Assembly: GCA_043784785.1 (NCBI GenBank) | Contig: JAYVXY010000132.1 | Location: 2,931 to 66,930, forward strand | DNA: 64,000 bases | Direction of reading: 5' to 3' | DNA from: Aestuariivirga sp. | GTDB lineage: Bacteria > Pseudomonadota > Alphaproteobacteria > Rhizobiales > Aestuariivirgaceae | Shown: positions 60,477-64,000 of the stretch, piece by piece | Numbering within the stretch: position 1 is the stretch's first letter | Layout of the letters: every line of letters starts with the position of its first letter | The notes under the pieces: generated by a model | What the model was told of the DNA's origin: nothing | The model's database searches: none | The model's input: only the letters and a program-made list of their open reading frames with translations | Position numbers and translations under genes: made by a program

Positions 60477-62861
60477 ATGTCAAACAAGAGAAATAACCTG
60501 GTCTGGTTCGAGAACCTATCACGGGGTGACGTCGGTGTTGTCGGCGGCAAAAACGCCTCGCTCGGCGAAATGGTCCGGTCACTATCGGCGCAGGGCATTC
60601 GCGTACCCCCGGGTTTTGCGACCACCGCCGAAGCTTTCCGGGCCTTCCTGTCTGCCAACGCCCTTAATGAGATGATTGCCGAGCGGTTGCTGGCACTCAA
60701 GGAAGACAGGATCAGCCTGCACATAGCGGGCAGCGAAATCAGGGCCGCCATCGCCGCAGGCGATTGGCCCGATGATATTCATAACGACATTCTGAGCGCT
60801 TATCGCGAGCTCGCAGTTCGAGTCGGACATGCGGATCCCGCCGTGGCCGTCAGGTCGAGTGCTACAGCTGAAGATCTTCCCGATGCAAGTTTCGCCGGGC
60901 AGCAGGAGACATTCCTGAATATCAGGGGAGAAGTGGCGCTGCTCAGCGCCTGCCGCCGCTGCTATGCGTCCCTCTTTACTGACCGCGCAATTACCTACCG
61001 CAAGCTCAAGGGTTTCGAGCATACACAAGTGGCACTGTCTGTGGGCGTTCAGCAGATGGTGCGCTCGGACATCGCAGGTTCGGGAGTGATGTTTTCAGTC
61101 GATACTGAGTCGGGTTTTGACAAAGTTGTGCTGATCAATGCGGCTTGGGGCCTCGGCGAGAACGTGGTTCAGGGCACCGTGAACCCTGACGAATATCAAG
61201 TCTACAAGCCGTTCCTCGACAATCCCAAGCTGGTTCCAATTCTCGAGAAAGCCCTTGGGGAAAAAGAAAAGAAAATGATTTACGCCTCGGGCGGGGCCAC
61301 CCGAAACGTCCCGACTTCAAAGGCGGAGCGCGAAGCCTTTGTGCTTAGCGACGCCGAGATCCTGGAGCTTGCGCGCTATGCCTGCGTCATCGAGCGGCAT
61401 TACGGCCAACCAATGGACATGGAGTGGGCCAAGGACGGCGAGACGGGTCTGCTTTATATCGTTCAAGCGCGACCCGAAACAGTCCAGTCGCGTGCTGCAA
61501 TCGGTTCACTCAAATCCTACACGGTCAAATCGGCAGGGCCAAAACTCCTGGAAGGTCTGAGTGTGGGAGAAGCAGTTGCATCTGGCGAAGTTTGCCTGAT
61601 CGATTCAGCTGCGGATATCGACCGGTTCATTGATGGCGCAATCCTGGTCACGTCGACAACCGATCCTGATTGGGTGCCGATCATGAAGCGGGCTGCGGCG
61701 ATCATCACTGATCATGGTGGCCGCACCTCTCATGCCGCCATCGTGAGCCGCGAGTTGGGTTTGCCAGCAATTGTCGGAACCGGCAATGCAACGCATGTAT
61801 TGCATGATGGGCAGGCGGTCACAGTATCGTGTGCCGAAGGCGACCATGGTAGCGTCTATTCCGGCGTCGCAGATGTCGTGGTCGAGGATGTGGCCCTCGA
61901 TAAGGTTCCCCAAACGCGCACTCAAATCATGCTCAATCTTGCCAATCCGGCCGCCGCAGCGCGCTGGTGGCGACTTCCTGTCGATGGCGTTGGCCTCGCC
62001 AGGATGGAATTCGTGGTGAACAATGCGATCAAGATTCACCCCCTCGCTCTGACCAGGTTCGACGACCTCAAAGACGCGGCAGCACGCGATGAGATTGATC
62101 GACTTACACGCGGCTACCCTGACCGCGCCGCGTATTTCGTAGAGAAACTCGCCCGCGGACTTTCGCGTATTGCAGCGACTTGGTATCCAAAACCAGCGAT
62201 TGTGCGGATGAGCGATTTCAAGACCAACGAATATGCGGCACTGCTGGGCGGTCGTCAGTTCGAGCCGCATGAGGAAAATCCGATGATTGGATTTCGTGGC
62301 GCTTCTCGCTACTACTCGGCTGCCTATCGCGATGGCTTTGCGCTGGAATGCCGAGCGATCCGCAGGCTGCGCGAAGAAATGGGTTTTGACAACGTCATCG
62401 TCATGATTCCATTCTGCCGCTCTCCCCAAGAAGCAGATAAAGTGCTGGCCGTGATGAAGGAAAACGGCCTTGAACGGGGGAAGAAGGGACTCGAAGTCTA
62501 TGTGATGTGTGAAATCCCCTCCAACGTCATTCTGGCAGAGGAGTTTGCAAAACGCTTCGACGGTTTTTCAATCGGGTCGAATGACCTCACTCAGCTTACG
62601 CTGGGCGTGGACCGCGACTCCGCAGAACTCGCCGATCTTTTCCAGGAGCGCGACCCTGCTGTGCAGTGGATGATCAAATCGGTGATTGCACGAGCGCATG
62701 CTGCAAGCGTCAAGGTCGGGCTTTGTGGTCAAGCGCCAAGCAATGATCCTGATTTTGCCCGTCTGCTGGTGACGGCGGGAATTGACTCAATCTCGGTAAC
62801 GCCAGACAGTTTTTTTGCCGTGAAGCGACATGTCGCAGCAGCAGAGGCCGCCAAATATTGA
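60477..62861 (+). CDS. ppsA: Phosphoenolpyruvate synthase
   Basis: VGGKNASLGEM, AVRSSATAEDLPDASFAGQQET, phospho-His motif GGRTSHAAIVSRE, EENPMIGFRGASRY, SIGSNDLTQ. Confidence 0.97.
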   Translation: MSNKRNNLVWFENLSRGDVGVVGGKNASLGEMVRSLSAQGIRVPPGFATTAEAFRAFLSANALNEMIAERLLALKEDRISLHIAGSEIRAAIAAGDWPDDIHNDILSAYRELAVRVGHADPAVAVRSSATAEDLPDASFAGQQETFLNIRGEVALLSACRRCYASLFTDRAITYRKLKGFEHTQVALSVGVQQMVRSDIAGSGVMFSVDTESGFDKVVLINAAWGLGENVVQGTVNPDEYQVYKPFLDNPKLVPILEKALGEKEKKMIYASGGATRNVPTSKAEREAFVLSDAEILELARYACVIERHYGQPMDMEWAKDGETGLLYIVQARPETVQSRAAIGSLKSYTVKSAGPKLLEGLSVGEAVASGEVCLIDSAADIDRFIDGAILVTSTTDPDWVPIMKRAAAIITDHGGRTSHAAIVSRELGLPAIVGTGNATHVLHDGQAVTVSCAEGDHGSVYSGVADVVVEDVALDKVPQTRTQIMLNLANPAAAARWWRLPVDGVGLARMEFVVNNAIKIHPLALTRFDDLKDAAARDEIDRLTRGYPDRAAYFVEKLARGLSRIAATWYPKPAIVRMSDFKTNEYAALLGGRQFEPHEENPMIGFRGASRYYSAAYRDGFALECRAIRRLREEMGFDNVIVMIPFCRSPQEADKVLAVMKENGLERGKKGLEVYVMCEIPSNVILAEEFAKRFDGFSIGSNDLTQLTLGVDRDSAELADLFQERDPAVQWMIKSVIARAHAASVKVGLCGQAPSNDPDFARLLVTAGIDSISVTPDSFFAVKRHVAAAEAAKY

Positions 62862-62984
62862 CCTACATGGATTTTCGAAAGGTCATTGTCTTGGTTAAAG
62901 TCATATTGCACCTTGGGCACAAAACAATAACCAGACCTTATTTAGCCCAAATGTTTGAGGATACCCAAACACAGGCTTAGATGA

Positions 62985-62998
62985 TTGATTGAAATCAA
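62985..62998. promoter_or_regulatory. FNR/FixK box
   Basis: TTGAT-TGAA-ATCAA, perfect consensus, upstream of the CBS gene. Confidence 0.85.
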
Positions 62999-63064
62999 TG
63001 CTAAAGGCTGATTTTTGTTGCAAGTACTTTTTGTGTTTCGGTCAATGTTAATCAGGATCATCAA

Positions 63065-63730
63065 ATGCAAGCACGAGATCTCATGACCAAACGGGTGGTG
63101 ACAGTTAGCCCCGGAAACAGCGTTCGGCATGCGGCTCAGATCATGCGTGACAATGCGGCCAGTGGACTGCCGGTGGTTGATGATAATGGGAAGCTTGTTG
63201 GGATAATAACCGAGGGCGATCTCCTCCGACGGGCTGAGTTCGGATTGAAAAGCGATTCGGAACCGGGTCTTGCTGCATCAGAACACCAGCCAGCGATCAC
63301 AAGTTACAGGAAGTCTCATGGCTGGAGTGTGGCAGACGCGATGACAAGTGAAGTCATTAGCGTTGACGAAACCGTGACATCTAAACATATCGCCCGGCTG
63401 ATGCGACAACATGGCATCAAGCGCGTTCCAGTGGTCAAGGATGGTAAAGTCATTGGCATCGTGAGTCGCGCTGATCTATTGGGCGTCATCATCATGGCCG
63501 AGCCAGATTGTATCGCCCCAGGCGATGCTGCAATCAAGCGCAGTATCAAGGCGCGACTGGCCGAGGTTGACGGGCTGGATACGAGCCACATTGAAGTGGC
63601 TGTCGAAAATGGCAGCGTCCATTTTTCTGGCGCGGCATGTTCGGATGTGGAGCAAGATGTGGCACGTGCCGTTGCCGAAAATGTCGGTGGCGTTTTTGGT
63701 ATTTCTGATCATCGGAAGATCGTAAAATGA
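63065..63730 (+). CDS. CBS-pair protein with C-terminal BON domain
   Basis: ARDLMT..VVTV, SGLPVVDD..LVGIITEGDLLRR, IKRVPVV..GIVSRADL, BON-like tail (IEVAVENGSV.FSG). Confidence 0.9.
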   Translation: MQARDLMTKRVVTVSPGNSVRHAAQIMRDNAASGLPVVDDNGKLVGIITEGDLLRRAEFGLKSDSEPGLAASEHQPAITSYRKSHGWSVADAMTSEVISVDETVTSKHIARLMRQHGIKRVPVVKDGKVIGIVSRADLLGVIIMAEPDCIAPGDAAIKRSIKARLAEVDGLDTSHIEVAVENGSVHFSGAACSDVEQDVARAVAENVGGVFGISDHRKIVK

Positions 63731-63791
63731 CAGACGCAAGCCCTCGTTCATTCGGCGACAGCACAATCCGCAAGGTGTGGAAGTTAGAATA

Positions 63792-64000
63792 GTGGCTGAC
63801 ATCCTGACGGTTACGCTCAACCCCACCATTGATGTGTCGAGTGAAGCCGATGTGGTTCAACCGACGCGCAAGACGCGGACCATCAACACGCGGCACAGCC
63901 CCGGAGGTGGGGGTATCAATGTGGCGCGCGTGATCGCCGCATTGGGTGGCGATGTGGAGGCAGTCTACCTGGCGGGTGGCGAAATCGGTTCTCTTCTGGA
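63792..64000 (+). CDS. 1-phosphofructokinase-family (PfkB) sugar kinase, 3'-truncated by window edge
   Basis: ILTVTLNPTID...PGGGGINVARVIAALGG. Confidence 0.9.
   Translation, partial: MADILTVTLNPTIDVSSEADVVQPTRKTRTINTRHSPGGGGINVARVIAALGGDVEAVYLAGGEIGSLL

Noticed and set aside
1-64000. CRISPR array, rRNA/tRNA genes, prophage, intact transposase or anti-phage defence genes
   Set aside because: No regularly spaced repeats, RNA-gene signatures or such protein motifs were seen by eye; short ncRNAs could have been missed without covariance-model searches

Overview
Alphaproteobacterial (Hyphomicrobiales-like) chromosomal window with three zones. (1) 1-25.6 kb is housekeeping: OlsB-like acyltransferase (partial), maeB, mutS-glnD-murJ-trpS-NifU-like, ech, mutM, ubiE-ubiB-coaBC-dut-moeB, a polyol dehydrogenase, and a LexA-boxed imuA-imuB-dnaE2-DUF72 cassette. 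The DnaE2 PHP domain carries an in-frame insertion of about 90 codons containing a dRS3/RPE-4-like palindromic element. (2) 25.7-59.3 kb is accessory catabolism. It starts with a PLP enzyme/RidA/MelR/GH4/sugar-ABC island showing decay (frameshifted binding protein, AraC relic). A cluster of about 24 kb follows, combining an isatin-hydrolase-like cyclase, two paralogous phytoene-desaturase-like flavoproteins, IorAB, a 2-aminobenzoyl-/salicylyl-CoA monooxygenase-reductase operon lacking its usual CoA ligase, beta-oxidation genes, a Dpp-type ABC importer and two MarR regulators. I infer a ligase-independent isatin -> isatinate -> anthraniloyl-CoA funnel with uncharacterised entry enzymes; this is the top candidate for an undescribed system. 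(3) 59.7-64 kb is a more GC-rich, FNR/FixK-boxed module (glucokinase relic, hypothetical protein, ppsA, CBS-BON protein, PfkB kinase, partial). No rRNA, tRNA, CRISPR array or intact transposase was recognised. All protein calls come from motif recognition by eye; no database searches were run.
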